From positions 182,287,741 through 182,351,740 of the forward strand of contig CM041465.1 of the NCBI GenBank assembly GCA_023213395.1: DNA of 64,000 nucleotides. Direction: 5' to 3'. Shown piece by piece: positions 37,201 to 51,355 of the stretch; positions within the stretch are counted from its first letter, which is position 1, and each line of letters opens with the position of its first letter. The notes beneath the pieces are model-generated. The model was not told the DNA's origin and did no database searches. It was given only the letters and a program-made list of their open reading frames with translations. This DNA comes from Cycas panzhihuaensis (taxonomy: Eukaryota > Plantae > Cycadophyta). A program made the translations under genes and the position numbers.

Positions 37201-40200
37201 AGGTTTTTATAAAGGATTTCTTTAAGTTTCCCCATGTTATATCTAAATTTTGTTCTTTCCCTAGGAACTAGTCTTTCGCTACTCTCCCCAAGGTGTGGTA
37301 GAAATAATTAGGCCAATTTTGTTTAGGTATACTTAAAGATCGCCATCTTTGTTTACAATTCTGTATATGTTTCCTAGGATTGTGACCTACATAAAATACT
37401 GGAATGGTTAATTGAGTTGGATGATTGAACCGTATTCGAAACATCGTTTGTAAGTCTTTCCAATTCCTAAGAATGGATTGATGGGCTAGGTACCAGTACC
37501 AAGCTTTTCCCGTAAGGTTAGGACTAAGTCTTGCTGCCATTGGGTTTTATCCCAATTCCCATGTTCCATCCAATATTCCACACAATGCGTTAAATGGGTA
37601 GTCCCATATAACTGCTCCCCATAGAATGGTTTAATATAGTTCCCAATGTAAATTTGATAATCTATTTCCTCTGGGATGATGACTCTACTATTTAGACCAG
37701 AATCGCTAGAAGTACTTACCTTCCATTTCCCCAGTTTTGGCGCCAATGGTTGGAAGAGATTTATGGCTGGGTGGGTGTACCTCTAAGGAAGAGGAGGAAG
37801 GAATATTACTTCCTTCCTCAGGTTGTAATAATAAGGGGAATCTACCTCAGGACCCACGCCTGAAGTAGATGGGATGTCAGGATTACTATTAACTACAAAA
37901 AAACTACGAAAATTATTGGGTAAACTAAAGGTTTGTTGGTCTAGGTTATTGTTATTCTTTAAACTATCGTTAGTCAGCATATACTCAAAACAATCTGAAT
38001 TATTTTCAATGTCTGTAGATACACATTTAGATAACAAATTACATCTATAAGAAGAAGAATTTACTTCATACGCATCTTGTAGCCAGTAATCCACGAACCT
38101 CATACCGTGTTCGTCGTCCGAAGAGTTGTATATCTCCCCGAAATATGTCGGTTCTTCTCGTTGGTGGTTAGTTGACGTGGTGGGCTCTTCTACCATATGG
38201 TAGATATGTTCTTCCCCAACGGAGGAAAATGTCGTGTCGCTGGTGATCGTTGTGCTGGATCCTTCATCTGGAATCATTTCGATCGAGCTTCTCCCCAGCA
38301 TCGGCAATACCATTTTGTTTCCGCTATTTGTTAAGGTGAAGGTTACGTTCTTCCAATTCTGAAGGCATTGCGTTTTATACAACCATGGCCTTCCCAAAAG
38401 TGCTGGATAGGGTGTTGCTCCTTTCTCCGTCTCCACGATTGTGAAGTCAACCCTCACCACTATCCGTGCCACATCTACTTTGATGTCGGCCAGTCTCCCC
38501 ATAGGTCGTACCAATAGTTCATTAGCCAATTTTAACGAATAGGTCGCTGCTTCCGACGGGCTTCCCAACTTACGCCATGTTGAAGGCGGTAACACACGTT
38601 CCTTCTTTGCGTCTCCATCAACGATTACCCGTGGCAGTGTTTCTCCCAAGACTGTCATGGTTACCATCGGATCCATATCGAATGATGGTATGATTTGCTT
38701 CAGACTCTTGGTGATTCCCCACTGTAACACTCCTCCTTTGATCCAATCGATAACTTGGCATAGAGGAATAGTCAATCATGTCGCTTTACCAAATTTTCCA
38801 TTAATAGCAACATTCTGGGAATATCCTCTGTTGGCAATCCTTTAAAAAGCTCCTCCATTTGCACCATTTGGGGCTTCATCTTAGGTTCTTCCGGTAGATT
38901 TTCTTGTTCCTTCTGTTTGTTCTTCCGTACATAGACGTATTTGGTTTCCGGTTTACCTATTGGTAATGCATTCTCCTCCTGGACTAGGCCATCTAATACT
39001 TGTTTTGCCTTTCTGTATCGATCCATTTCTATTGGTGGATCTGGATATCCTTCATCCAGTTTCTCCTTTTGTTTATTTTGTAGTTTGACATTTTTTGTTT
39101 CCGGTATGATTGTCATTAGGTTGGTCGCTTTGGCTTTCCCTTTGCAATCTTCTATTTTGTGGTCACTTGGCCCTGATTCTGCCTCTGAGCGACATTCGTA
39201 TTCACCTTCGTTGGGCATTCTGACTTCCAGTGCCCAAACTGTAGACAGATGAGGCATCTACCCATTGGCGGTTTTTTCCTCGAGGGCTCTGGTGCACCCC
39301 TCGTTGTATAAACATTCCGAAGTGGGTTGCCTCCCCTTCCCCGACCTCGTCCTCTGAAGGCTTTTCCCCTGGGATTGTAGAAACAATCCTTAGTTGTATG
39401 CGTATCAACGTCGCATATATGGCACCATCTCTCTTGTTGGTGCAACGCACTATTTTTTAAATTCAAGTCACATTCCTTGGTGGTATGTGAATTTTCTTCA
39501 CAAATGTGACACCATTTGGTTACTCTTCTCACATGGTCCTTCTTTTTCTGTGTTTCTTCTTCTTCTCGATTGTTTCTAATTTTTAATCTGGCCACCTCTT
39601 TTCTTAACGCTTCCAACTCCGATTCCTCTTCTGCTACCCCTACAGCGGAAGGGTCGGTTGTACTGATTTTGCTTCAATTCTCTAATCTCATCTTGTAATC
39701 TCAGCAGCAAGGAGTCTTGTCCTCTTGCCTGCGCGTCCATCTCCATTTCAAAATCTAACGCTAGATCTTGGGCATTCTTAAATGATTTCAGTGGATGAGC
39801 ATGCATCATGGCTCACAATTTTTCATTCAAACCTCTAACAAAATAGTTTTTCATATTGTGATCTGTTATTGTCTCATTGATCATGCTAGTTGCAATGATT
39901 TTCATTCTGCTAATGTAAGTTAAGACGGATTCTCCCGGCCTTTGTCTGATTTCTCTTAACGCGATTTCCACTGCTTCATTACTGCGAAATTTTTGAAATC
40001 TTTCTTCGAATGCTTTCTTAAGCTTTGCCCATGGCTCATTCTTATTTGTTTCCTTGTACCATGCCAAGGGTACTCCTCTCAACGTATAGGTGAATCGTGC
40101 TTTGATTTCGTCTTCGTCTGTAATTGTTTTTACATCAATAAGACTCTGAAATAGATACACATGTTCTGCTGCGTCTGAAGTATCATTAAAAATCAGTTTC

Positions 40201-40874
40201 CCAAAGTCTCTATAGTCATCCATTTTGGGAGATTGCAACTGTCCCCCACCTGGTGGTGACTTTTCCTTTCTTCCCTCCTTCGGGGATGCACTGGGAGTGC
40301 CTACTGCTGTATTATCTTTCCCAAACAACGGATTCTTGAATGGAGTTTTGATGTGTATGGGTTCCACTACACCTGGAACTTGTATGGTCAATGGTGTCAC
40401 TGTAATATACGATTGATCAGATCCCCTTTCTGTCGAATCTTCAAAAAGCTGTCTCGTTAGCTTATTCTCCCAATATGCCGAGGGACCTTCCTCCGCCTTC
40501 TTTTCACTGTCACTTGGGTCCTTCGGGCTGTCCTCCACAGGTATACTTCCCTTTCTTAAGGTTTCTTGATGTTTATCATCCACTTTTGGTTTCCCTTCAA
40601 TCTCTGGGCTAAACAAATCATCTCTGATTGGGGCTGGTGTCAATACCATGCGTTCACCATTGGTTTCCTCTTCTTGAGGTGTCTGGGCTCCACTTGCCTC
40701 AGATCCTTCAATGAACAGTCCCTTAGTCTCGTTGTTCTGCGAACTCAACCTCCTCGCCCTTCTGAGTTTTGCTTCCCTTGACCATCTTAATGCCTTTTGT
40801 CTGCTAGTCTCCTTTTCCTTGGGTGAAGTATCCTTCTGGGGCTCTTCCGACCTTGAAGGCCTCTTAGGTGGCAT
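34207..40874 (-). pseudogene. Element C gag-pol: Gag, 3-4 CCHC, PR, two capsid-like repeats, RT, RH, INT
   Basis: ORFs 39813-40874 (gag), 39152-39616 (knuckles), 37783-38775 (IVDG protease), 37268-37746 (capsid-like), 36297-37144 (RT, FLDD), 35291-35941 (RH), 34304-35221 (INT). Confidence 0.93.
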
Positions 40875-42298
40875 TGGAAGGTCCCACAGTTCTTGGTGGC
40901 TTAGTTACAGCCCGCCATCACGACGGCAGCCAGGGTCCTCTGCCCTTTGCACATTCTTTTCTTTGAAACCCTTAGGCCTTGTCCCTCCTCGGTGAGGCGC
41001 AATGAGAACCAATGTTATTTCTTTGGGGATCTTATTACACTTACAAGATACCTCTTTCACTTGTCAAGGTTATACAGCGCTATAGTCTAGTTCAGGATAC
41101 TGTCAACATGGTCATTCACATACATTCCACATATATTTCACATACATTTCACAGAATGGTACACAAAAGTACAGAAATCAATGCATACTCAGTAATTCAT
41201 CATCACAACACAAAGAATACACCACTTTCCACATAACTCTTCCTTTTATTAAGTAATCAAGTCAGTTTACACAGAGGCTGGAATGCATTCCTGAGCATTC
41301 CAAGGCATCTGATCATACATTACACATGTGTACCCAAATGGTACTTATCATACAGTGTTGCTCCAATTGGCTGACATATGTGCTGGCTTCCAGACCTTTG
41401 CGTACTGGTGATAATCGACTCTCACCCTAACCTGGTGGTTCATGCGTACCTCCTTAAGTACTCATGTTGGTACCTTTTGGCTGAAGGGTTATGATTTTGT
41501 CATAAGCGTACCCCTTGATCATCGTACCTTTTCATTAATCACTTGTTTAGGCACTTAATTAATTATCCTTTGTGTCTATACGTTTGTACGTACGTCTGGC
41601 AGCTCAACAGGTCTTCACTGGTCCCTTTGAGTCATGTGTACTGCTTCCGCTTGGTTCTGTTTCGCCGTTGGTACGTATCTGTCATACGTACCCGTTCCAG
41701 GTATGTACCTGTCATAACTGTACCCCTTTAGTCATACGTACCTTTCCATTAATCACTTGTTTAGGCACTTAATTAATTATCCTTTGTGTGCATGCGTTTG
41801 TATGCGTCGTCTGGCGACTCAACGGTCTTCCTTTGGTCCCTTTGAGTCATACGTACCCAGAATGTCGATTTCTCTGCCGTTTTGCCTCGTGCGTACCTCC
41901 GTACGGTCCGTACCTGCACAATTCAGGTTATCTGACCTATCTCTGGTTCTCTCACAACCATAGGATCATTTTAAACTCCAACAGGTACCTCGACAAATGC
42001 AACACGATAGCACCCAAAGAAATGATGAACAGTCACATTCGAATTGGCTTTCCGAAGGAGCACGGTGATAGTTAAACAACGCAACAAACAGTTATTGCAC
42101 CAGATTTACGAGGGGAGGACAAGGTTGCGATCATGAGCAAGCACTTAGAGTTCGGACAAGCGCGATGCATCCTCGCGGCCAGGAATTGCAGCGATATTCA
42201 GAGGTTGTGAAGAAGAACTTCAGTCTGCAGTTGCTGAGCAGACGGTAATTACAGATTAATTACAGCTAGGAAGACGATACACTGGAGCAGACGGAATT

Positions 42299-43970
42299 AT
42301 GACGAAGACAATTTTAATTAAAGAGAAAGATGACTCTCGAATTCGTGCTAAATGGGAAGTAATGGGAAATGATGATGAAAGGAAAAAATTACTTACCAAA
42401 GCAAGGCTGCATGAATTTATAATGGTAGGAACTTTCCCAAATTCGGTAGAATTTTTGCAAACAATATTACCTTTATTAGCACAATATCCAGATGTATTGC
42501 AGATCTCAAAAGCATCTATAGCAATGGTGACAGGGCTTCTGAAGGAAGGAGAGATTATCAAACGAGACCCCCAAATAACCCGGGAGGAAGCAACAAGAAT
42601 AATTAGCGCTACTAGTAAAAGACGGCTCCACTTCGGGCATCAGAATTGCAGGGATACAATCTCCAAAAAAGCGGTTTCTAGCACATTTTATTTTTACCAG
42701 AATTGTGTTAAATTAGAAAAATTTGTTTGTGCCAACTAATCTGAGGACAATGATCAATAAGGTGGCTCAAGGGAAATGTTTAAATTGGGCAAGATTTGTG
42801 GCAGAAAGAGTAAGACAAAATTTACAAACAGTTGATGAATCTATCAAAATTGTGTCTTTTTATTATGTAACAATCCTACAAGGATTACTTCTTTTTTAGT
42901 GTCCAGATGTTATTATGCCTACAACAAAGGAAGAGCAAGCTCTGTTAGCTTATTGGACAAGTGGTAACATTGAGGTAGAAAAGTGGGAAGAAATATGAGG
43001 TAAAGTTCAGGAATGGGTGCAGACCCAATATAACATGAGGAAAGTTACTGTTGATATTAAAGGACAGGTTGAAAATGAGAAGGAGGAAGAAGATAAAAAA
43101 GTAGAAATCAGGTTGCTAGAAGGACAGGCAGGGAAAGTTCAGAGTTCAGAAAAAGTACTAACAGCTAAAGCGGAGAAAGAGGAGGAGAAAAAGGAGAAAG
43201 AAACAGAAGAAAAAGGAAAAAGGAAGCAGGAGGAAATGGAGATAGAAAGCGAACTTTAGAACCAAAAAAGAAGAAGATTATCCCAAGAGAAAAAGAAAAA
43301 GGAAATTATAGAAAAATTAGACAATCAGCCACCAGAAATAGAATGTAATGTAGGTAAGGAAATATTGGAAGGAGGATTGGACCCTATGGAATGCGATCCT
43401 CAAGATGTAACAAACTAGAGAACTTCATTCTTGGCTAAAGTAACTAGGCAACTAGTTACAGAATTGGAAAGCAGAGCTAGGCCACCAGAAGAATTGTCAA
43501 AAAGAATCCATCAAATAACGGAGGACAAATTGGATTCTTTAAAGAAATTTATAATGGATTGGGTTGATGACGTGAATGAGGTAGGACCTCAGTTAAAACA
43601 ATTCAAAGAAAGATTTAATAGGTACATTCCTAGGGATATGTAGCCAATATACCATCGTTTAGGAGCATGGATATTAAAATCAGATGAGGAAACTGAACGC
43701 TGCAAGAAACTGTGGAAGGAACGGAAAGCTTATAGGGAAGAATTGGAATTAGTATAACGAGTGAATAATGAATTAAATCAAGAGATCGAACAGTTGCATA
43801 CCGGGGAAATGGCAACATTAGCTTTGTTGGATACAATGCAAGATGTACTTCTGTTATGTGAATATGTGAAATAAAACGGGTTAAGACTACCTCCTCAGAT
43901 TGTAGAGCCAGAAAAGGAATATATTCGACGAGAAAAGGCAAAGATTATAGAAAAACAAATGAAGAAATGA
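42299..43970 (+). pseudogene. Element B accessory ORF, homologous to the C accessory ORF
   Basis: After a frameshift near 42625 it reads SGIRIAGIQ...GKCLNWARFVAERVRQNL...LLLF*CPDV, versus C SGIRVVDIM...GEKLNWSEFLAENMRQQL...ILFYQCPEV; followed by a long K/E-rich tail. Confidence 0.8.
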
Positions 43971-44674
43971 AGAGTTGAAGTTTGGAAATTTTGGAACGAG
44001 TATGATACTCGTTCAAAGTGGCTGCAGGGGAGATGTCTTGTGACCAAAGTATTCTCGATTTTGAGCAGATCAGTGGTGCAACCGAGTGCGGACTGCGGTG
44101 CAACCAACAGGGACTGTAGTGCAACCAGGTGTGGACTACAGTACAACCGACATGGACAACCGGGCAGCTCGGGCAGGGACAATGTAATGCGGGCAATCCT
44201 TAAGAAATTCAGGCTGCATTAGTTAGAGAGTAACTAGAAAGTAGTTATATCAAATATGTAACTGTATAACTGTATAAGGATATATAGGTCAGAATGGGAA
44301 TATCGGGTGTGTAAGCATGCATGCCTGTAAGCATGTATGCCTGTATGTATGAATGTAGATAGGGAAGGAACATCAACGTATTGTAATCGCAGGCTGTCTT
44401 AACTCTTCTGTAACTGCTCAGGCCTGCGTCTGGTTGTGAGAGGACCAGACATAATGCCTTCTTTTTCATCAAGAAGTTGGTTATTTGTGGGCCAAAAGAA
44501 ATCTGCGTCTCTCTTTTATGATGTTGTCTCTTTGTTATTAGTTTGTTAGAAGATAGGCGCACACAATGGATGGTGGACAATTGCTAGCTATATGAGGCCC
44601 ACATAGTAGACTTAGATGCTCATGGGAACATGGCAGATGGCAATTCAATAAATTTGAATGGTGGATGTGGAATA

Positions 44675-47600
44675 TGTTACATAATTACATGCTGTTAGCG
44701 AAACCAGGGTACTAGCACATGTGACCAAGGCACCAAGTGGTTAAGTGGTAGTTGTTAACTTTTGTGCACCACCAATAAAATGAAAGGCCATCTGGCTAGC
44801 CAATGAGATTACATGGAAAAGACCTTCTTTTGTTTATTTAAGGGTTGCAGATTGTAGGAGGAGGTTATTGTATAATTACTTTTCTTAAGAGATTGTACTA
44901 TGGTACTTTACAGTCTTCAATAATAATCATTTGGTGCTTTTTTGTGTACTTTACTTGTATAATTAGTTTCCATTATCAATAGAAAGTGTTGCGTTTATTC
45001 TCTACTTTCAATTATCATTTTTTTTGTATGAGAGAACCATTGGGAAAGTCATGTCCCAAGTGGTATCAAAGTTGAGTTGTAGATCATTTACAGCAGCATA
45101 ACAAGATTAAGAGAAAGTAGCAAACCCTACCTCTTGCATTAATTTCTATTTTATAGTTTAGTTATAAATCTTTGAACTTTTTCAACAAGTTGTAAATGGG
45201 CAACAAATCCCTCCCTCCCTTTTCCCTTAGCTGTAAGGTAGAGAACCTATGGTGGGGGTCTTTAAACATCATAGGGATTTGTCGTTATTGACCAAGAGTA
45301 TGTGGGTATACGCCTGTGCATGAAACAAAGTAGATAACACTGCTTATACAAGCCTTAGTCAAAACCTGACTATGAGATTGAGCCTCCATGTACCTTCGGG
45401 TATATTAGAGGACCCTTATAGGTTCCCTTGCCTTACCTGGTTTTAGGAAAACTATTGGCCACCTGTCCTCTGCAATGCGCCAACTAGCTGTTAGCATCGA
45501 GAAGTTACTCATCATGAACATCCTAGCATGGCTATCGCGATTACGGTAACAAATTTTCTTGGTAGTTGGTGCCCTGATATATTGGGTTGAGCGAGAGTAA
45601 TGACTAAGAGTTTATCGAGAGTCCTGTAGAACTAGGTACACCCTGTTTCTTAAGTCCTAGGTACTTCTGAATACAATACAAAATTGTTGAGATTATCATA
45701 CGTCCAAATACAAATTATTGAAGTTGCTCTATTTCCTGCTAATAATCTTGAAATACAATAACAACACCATCTTGCAATGTAATAGTAGCATAAACCTGCA
45801 ATACAATAACAACACAATTCGGTAATACAAGCACTAAAGTCTAACTACTTCCTCTAAACCTTCAACATAATATTGAGTCTTGCATCCAATTCATATCCTT
45901 TGAGTCCAATTCAACTTCTTTGGATCTACCTTCCTTTTGAAAAGAAAAAAAAAGAAGAGAGAGAGTCATCACTTGGTTTGTAGGGTTACTTTGGTTAATA
46001 CTTCTCTGAGTCAAACGAAACTTGCATTGGTAGACTTGAGATTTAAAAAAAAAGAAAAAGAAGTCCATGGCTCAAAAACTATCCCACAAAACCATACATT
46101 TTATTTTGATCAGTGTGTCACACTGGTCATTTTCCATTAGGTTAGTTTCAACTGTCATTTTTGGGGAAAACTGACTTATAGGCACTTTGTGGGTCCCACA
46201 ACCTAAAATTTTTTATTTAAAACTCATTTATACCATCTCGATGAGCTTTTTCACATTCGTTTCAGTGCACTAAGTAATTTCCGTACATATTTTTTGGGGT
46301 TAATAGACTATAGGCACCTTGCCCCCACCCTCTTTTCCCCTTTTATTTTCGCCTTTCTATCAAAATCTCCCAATTCTCTAAAGGCCCATTTTATCTATCT
46401 ATTCCCTGATTCGGTAAATCCCATTCTATCTCACTAATCCCATTTTTCTTACATCGTTTTCTTCCTATTTGTGTCTCTCTTCTTAGAATCCCTTTCTATC
46501 TCAATGATGGCTCCCACTCATGCAAATTGAATCCTCGCATTGGAAATTCAGTTCTCTAAATTTCAGAAAGAGGTAAAGGTTGGTATATCTTCTCTTGCAT
46601 CAAAGTTTGACATGGTTGCACTTATGAACTAGATGGTGCAGTTGTCGGCTCAAATGCCACAATCACTCTCTCATTTTACAGGCAACACTACTTCGCCACA
46701 TCAGACAGGCAACACTCCTCTACCACATTAGATAGGCAATCCTCCTCCACGACAACAACAACTTCATCATAAAATAAACATCCCTATTTTCGACTCAGAT
46801 CTTAACAGGGATAGCGCACAAAGCTGGATAAGTAAGCTAGAGTCTTACTTTTTATCTCAATCCAATGTCTGTTAATGATCAACTAACATTTACATCCATT
46901 CACATGGACAGTAAAGCACATCATTAGTTCTATTGATGCTAGTAAGAACACCCTGCAAACCAGACATGGGCACATTTCTCCAACAGTTTTCTTGGCCAGT
47001 ATGAAGAAATTTGGAACTAATCCTTCTTCCACCAGCTTACAAGATTGAAGCAACTATCGTCGGTAGAAGTCTATACAGATGAATTTCAAACTTTACAGAA
47101 TCGCATTAGCTAGAAGTTGGATAAGCAAACAAATTATCGATACCTATGTCATACGAGTAAAAGAGCGCATCCAACTGTGCCTAAAAGCTTTGTCATCACC
47201 AAGTTTGAAAGAAGCTATAAGAATGGCTAGAGTAGTTGATGCAGAATTCGCAATGGAAAGGGCATCTTCCTTTTGACGAGACTCCACATGGTACCAATGA
47301 CCACGATAAGTCAAGTTCCAACGACAACGACCACGGTTTGATGATTCATAAAGATTTGTAGTAGAATGCCCTTCTGAAGGGTCTTCAATAAAACCAATCC
47401 AAGTTCCACTGATATAAACATATCAATGCAGGGAAGCTGACCTCTGTATCCGATGCTTGGAGAAATGGACCCTGGACATGGTCGAGTCTGCAAGGCCAAG
47501 AGAATGGTATTCACAATTTACCGCAACTTATTCTTTGAAAATGGTTATGATTCAGAACAAGAATTGGAAGAAGAACCCCCCTCTAAGCCTCCCTTAAACC

Positions 47601-50600
47601 CTGAACCAAAAATCTCTGTCTTCCATAGCCTCTGCTTCATGTCCTGAGCCATTACATGTCAGAGGAACCCTTAAGAAAACCCTTATCATCATCCTAATCA
47701 AAGGTGGCACATTGCTAAACTTCATTGATATTTATTTAGCTAGACAACTCAATCTCTATATTGTGCCAAAAATTGGATTTACCTACTCTCTGCCAGGACA
47801 TTATACTCTTTATTGTGCAGGTACAATCAAGAACCTTACGTTTCAAATTGGCTTTTATAGTATAGTCTCAAATTTTTATGCCCTGTCCCTTGGTGGCTTG
47901 GATGTTATCCTTGGAGTCTAGTGGCTCTAAACCCTGGAAACATGCAGTACTAATAACTCCCCCACTAACCCATTCATTTTGACCATATGCGACAGACCCA
48001 TAAACTCCATGGGATGCAACCTCCCCCAAATAAACTAGTTTCACCAAACTGTATACATAAGTAACTAAACAACAATGTTGGATATGTAGTACGCATGAAT
48101 AACATCCAAGCCCACACAGATGTTCATCCAGATATACAACACATTCTCAATCAATATTAGGCTATTTTTACCCCCTTAATGACTAGCTTCTCACTAGATC
48201 GTGGGTTTTACCACACCAATGAGCTAAAAATCCCCATGACCCTATCAATTTTCAAACTTATAGAAATTTGTATTTCCAAAAAAATGAAAGAGAAAAGATT
48301 ACTAATGAACTAATGGAAATGGGGATAATCCAACCTAGCAAGAGCCTATATGCTACCCCTATTGTGTTAGTTTAGAAAAAGGATGATTCCTTTAGGCTTC
48401 GTGTCGATTACTGTGAGCTCAACAAAATAACTATAAAAAATAAATTCCCAACCTTGAGAATTCATGATATTTTGGATGAAATTCATGGTGCCACGATTTT
48501 TACCAAACTAGATCTCCTATCAAGGTACTATCAAATTTCCATTACACCTGAAGATTGACACAAGATAGCCTTCCAGATGCATCACAACCATTTTGAGTTC
48601 CATGTAATGCCTTTTAGTTTGTGTAATGCTCCAACCACCTTTCAATCTTCAATGAACAAAGTTTTTGCCCCATTTCTTAGAAAATTTATCATTGTTTTCT
48701 TTGATGATATTTTCATCTAAAGCATGAGCATGACTCTTCACATTCACCATTTAGAAATAATTTTATAGATTTTGGCCAAGCACCAATTATATGCCAAGCT
48801 TTCCAAATGTGAATTCGTAAATTTGAACTGCAATACCTAGGCCACACTATCTTTTTGGAAGGTGTCCAGGGTGATCTCGATAAAATGTCAGTCATTACGA
48901 ATTGGCTAACACTTGAAACCTCATCTAGTTGTGCACTTTCTTAGGACTTACAGGGATCTATCAATAGTTCATTCAGAATTATGCAACTTTAGTGGCCCCA
49001 TTAACTAATCCTACTTTGAAAAGATTCTTTCCAATGGTTGCTAGCTACTAATGTTGCCTTCCATCATCTTAAAGAAGTCATGCCCTCCACTCTTGTTTTG
49101 GTCACACTAGACTTCTCTCAGCATTTTCAATTAGAATGTGATGCATTGAGATTTGGCTTGGGTGTAGTACTTATGCAAAACCTTTACCCGATTGCATTTG
49201 AGAGTCGAAAACTCAAAGACTATAAATGTTGACTGGTAACATATCACAAAGAAATGAAGGCTATTCTCCATGCCATAAACAGATAGCATCAATATCTAAT
49301 CGGCTCAAAATTCACTATCCTAATAGACCACCATAACCTTAGTTGCCTATTAGACCAGCTAGTTCTGTTTGAAGAACAGGCCAAGTGGGTTGATGACCTC
49401 CAAGTCTTTGATTTCATGATTACACACAAAAAAGGTAAAGACAACATAGTAGCAGATGCTTTCTCTTGCCTTCCTACCTCTCTTACTAAATCTTCCATTT
49501 TTGCAAATTTCCTTGCCACAACCAACATGGGTACAAGAATTAGCCATGGACAACCAGTCCCAACTAGATTATGCAAAGTGGGCTAACAAAATTCATACTT
49601 AAAAGGATTGGTCCATATATAATGACCTTCTTTTACATCAAAACCATATATTTGTGCATTTGGCATCAATCTTTATTCCTCAAATCCTATTGGAATATTA
49701 CTCCACTCCATTGGGAGGCGATTCAAGATTTGATAAAATGTATCTATGAGTTTGGTCTGATTTCTTTTGGCCACACATGAAATCATCCATTCTTACATTC
49801 GTCTTGGGATGTGATGTGTTAACGCAACAAATCCAACTTTAAGACTCAACTAGGACTCCTACAAACCCTTCACATTCCGCAAGAAAAGTGGTAAGATATT
49901 GCAATGGACTTCATTACGTGTCTACCACCATCTGTTGGATATGACTCCATATTGGTAGTCATTGATAGGTTAACAAAATACGCATATTTTCTATCAGTCC
50001 ATACTTCATATAAAGCACCTTGAATCGCAAATCTTTACCTCCAAATAATATTCTGCTTACATGGGTCTCCATCAATTATTGTGTATAATCGAGATTCCAA
50101 GTTCACTAGTTCATTTTGGTAGGAACTCTTTCAAGCATTAGAAACCTCGTTTAGCATGAGTTCTACATATCACCCACAAATAGGTGGCCAATATGAAGTT
50201 CTTAATAAAACATTTGAGACTGACTTATATTGTTTTGGATCTGACCATCAAACAAAATGGACAGCATGGGTAGCCTTTGCAGAATATTGGTACAATTCAT
50301 TTCACCACTTAGCCATAGGGATGTCTCCATTCATGGCCCTTTATGGTTTTCCTCCACCATCCCACCATGCTTTAGCCACCAACCTTCAAATTGTTGCAGT
50401 ACAATAAAAGCTGCAACACATGGACCTGATTTTAAACATCCTCAAGAAAAATTTATTTGTTGTCAAGAATCGAATGAAGTAATTAGTAGACTGCTATTGT
50501 TTTGATTGTTCTTTTGCCATTGGTGATCTTGTGTTCTTTTGCCTTCAACCATATAAGCAACAATCCCTTAAAACACCATAAGAACCACAAGCTCAACCTT

Positions 50601-51355
50601 CAATATTATGGCCCCTACAAAGTTCTCCAATGTATTGGTGAAGTTGCTTATGCATTGGAACTCCCCCTACCACCAAAATCCATAACGTTTTCCATGATTC
50701 ATGTCTCAAGAAATATCTTGGCAAAGGCATGCCTCCCCAAACAATTCTACTAGTCTTGGATGAGGAACAAATTCTCACCATTACATTAGAACGTATCTTG
50801 GCTAGTAGGCAACGTTGTCTTCGAACAAGACAATTTCTAAGTATTTGGGGTAGTTGGTTAGCTGCGATCCTGATGAGGCAACATGGGAATCAACTAATTT
50901 TGTCAAGCAGTATCCACATCTCCTTGGCTTTGAGAACTTAGCATCTCAGGGGAGGGGACTTGTTACATAACTGTATGTTATTAGTGGAACGAGAGTACTA
51001 GCACGTGACCAAGGCACTAGGCAATTAAGTGCTAGTTGTTAACTTTTATGTGCAAGTTGTTTAAGTCCACCAATGAAATGAAAGGTTGTTTGGCCCGCCA
51101 ATGAGATTGCATGGAAAAGACCTTTTTTTATTTATTTAAGGGTCGTGAATTATAAAAGGAGGTTATTATGTGATTACTTTCCTTGAGAGATTGTGATACA
51201 ATACTTTTTACTCTTTAATAATGATCATCTGGTGTTGTTTTGTGTACTTCACTTGTGTAATCGGTTTCCATTATCAATAGAAAGTGTTGCATTTGCTCTC
51301 TATTTTCCATTATCATTTCTATGTGTGAGAGAACCATGGGGAAAGTCACATCCCA
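44675..51355 (+). mobile_element. Element D: decayed full-length chromovirus (Reina/CRM-like)
   Basis: LTRs 44675-45058 and 50961-51355; exact TSD GAATA; PBS TGGTATCAAAG at 45061; PPT AGGGGAGGGGAC; RT VFFDDI, RH FQLECDA, INT MSSTYHPQ, YYGPYKVL (GPY/F) and chromodomain remnant DPDEATWE. Confidence 0.93.

Larger units (their letters stand above)
31327..41983 (-). mobile_element. Element C: non-chromovirus Ty3/gypsy nested in the 3' UTR of B
   Basis: LTRs 31327-32152 and 41013-41983; exact TSD GGTAC; PBS TGGTTCTCATTGC (rc at 40999-41011); PPT rc TCTCTCCC at 32153. Confidence 0.95.
24700..44565 (+). mobile_element. Element B: non-chromovirus Ty3/gypsy (Phygy/Athila-like; no aRH, no chromodomain) with a 3' extra ORF
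   Basis: LTRs 24700-25162 and 44034-44565; exact TSD ATGGA; PBS TGGTTCCGTTGCCGG at 25165-25179; PPT GCAGGGGAGA. Confidence 0.95.

Noticed and set aside
45232-45840. Possible extra insertion in the long leader of element D
   Set aside because: Starts with TGTAAGG, but no matching terminus or TSD could be identified.
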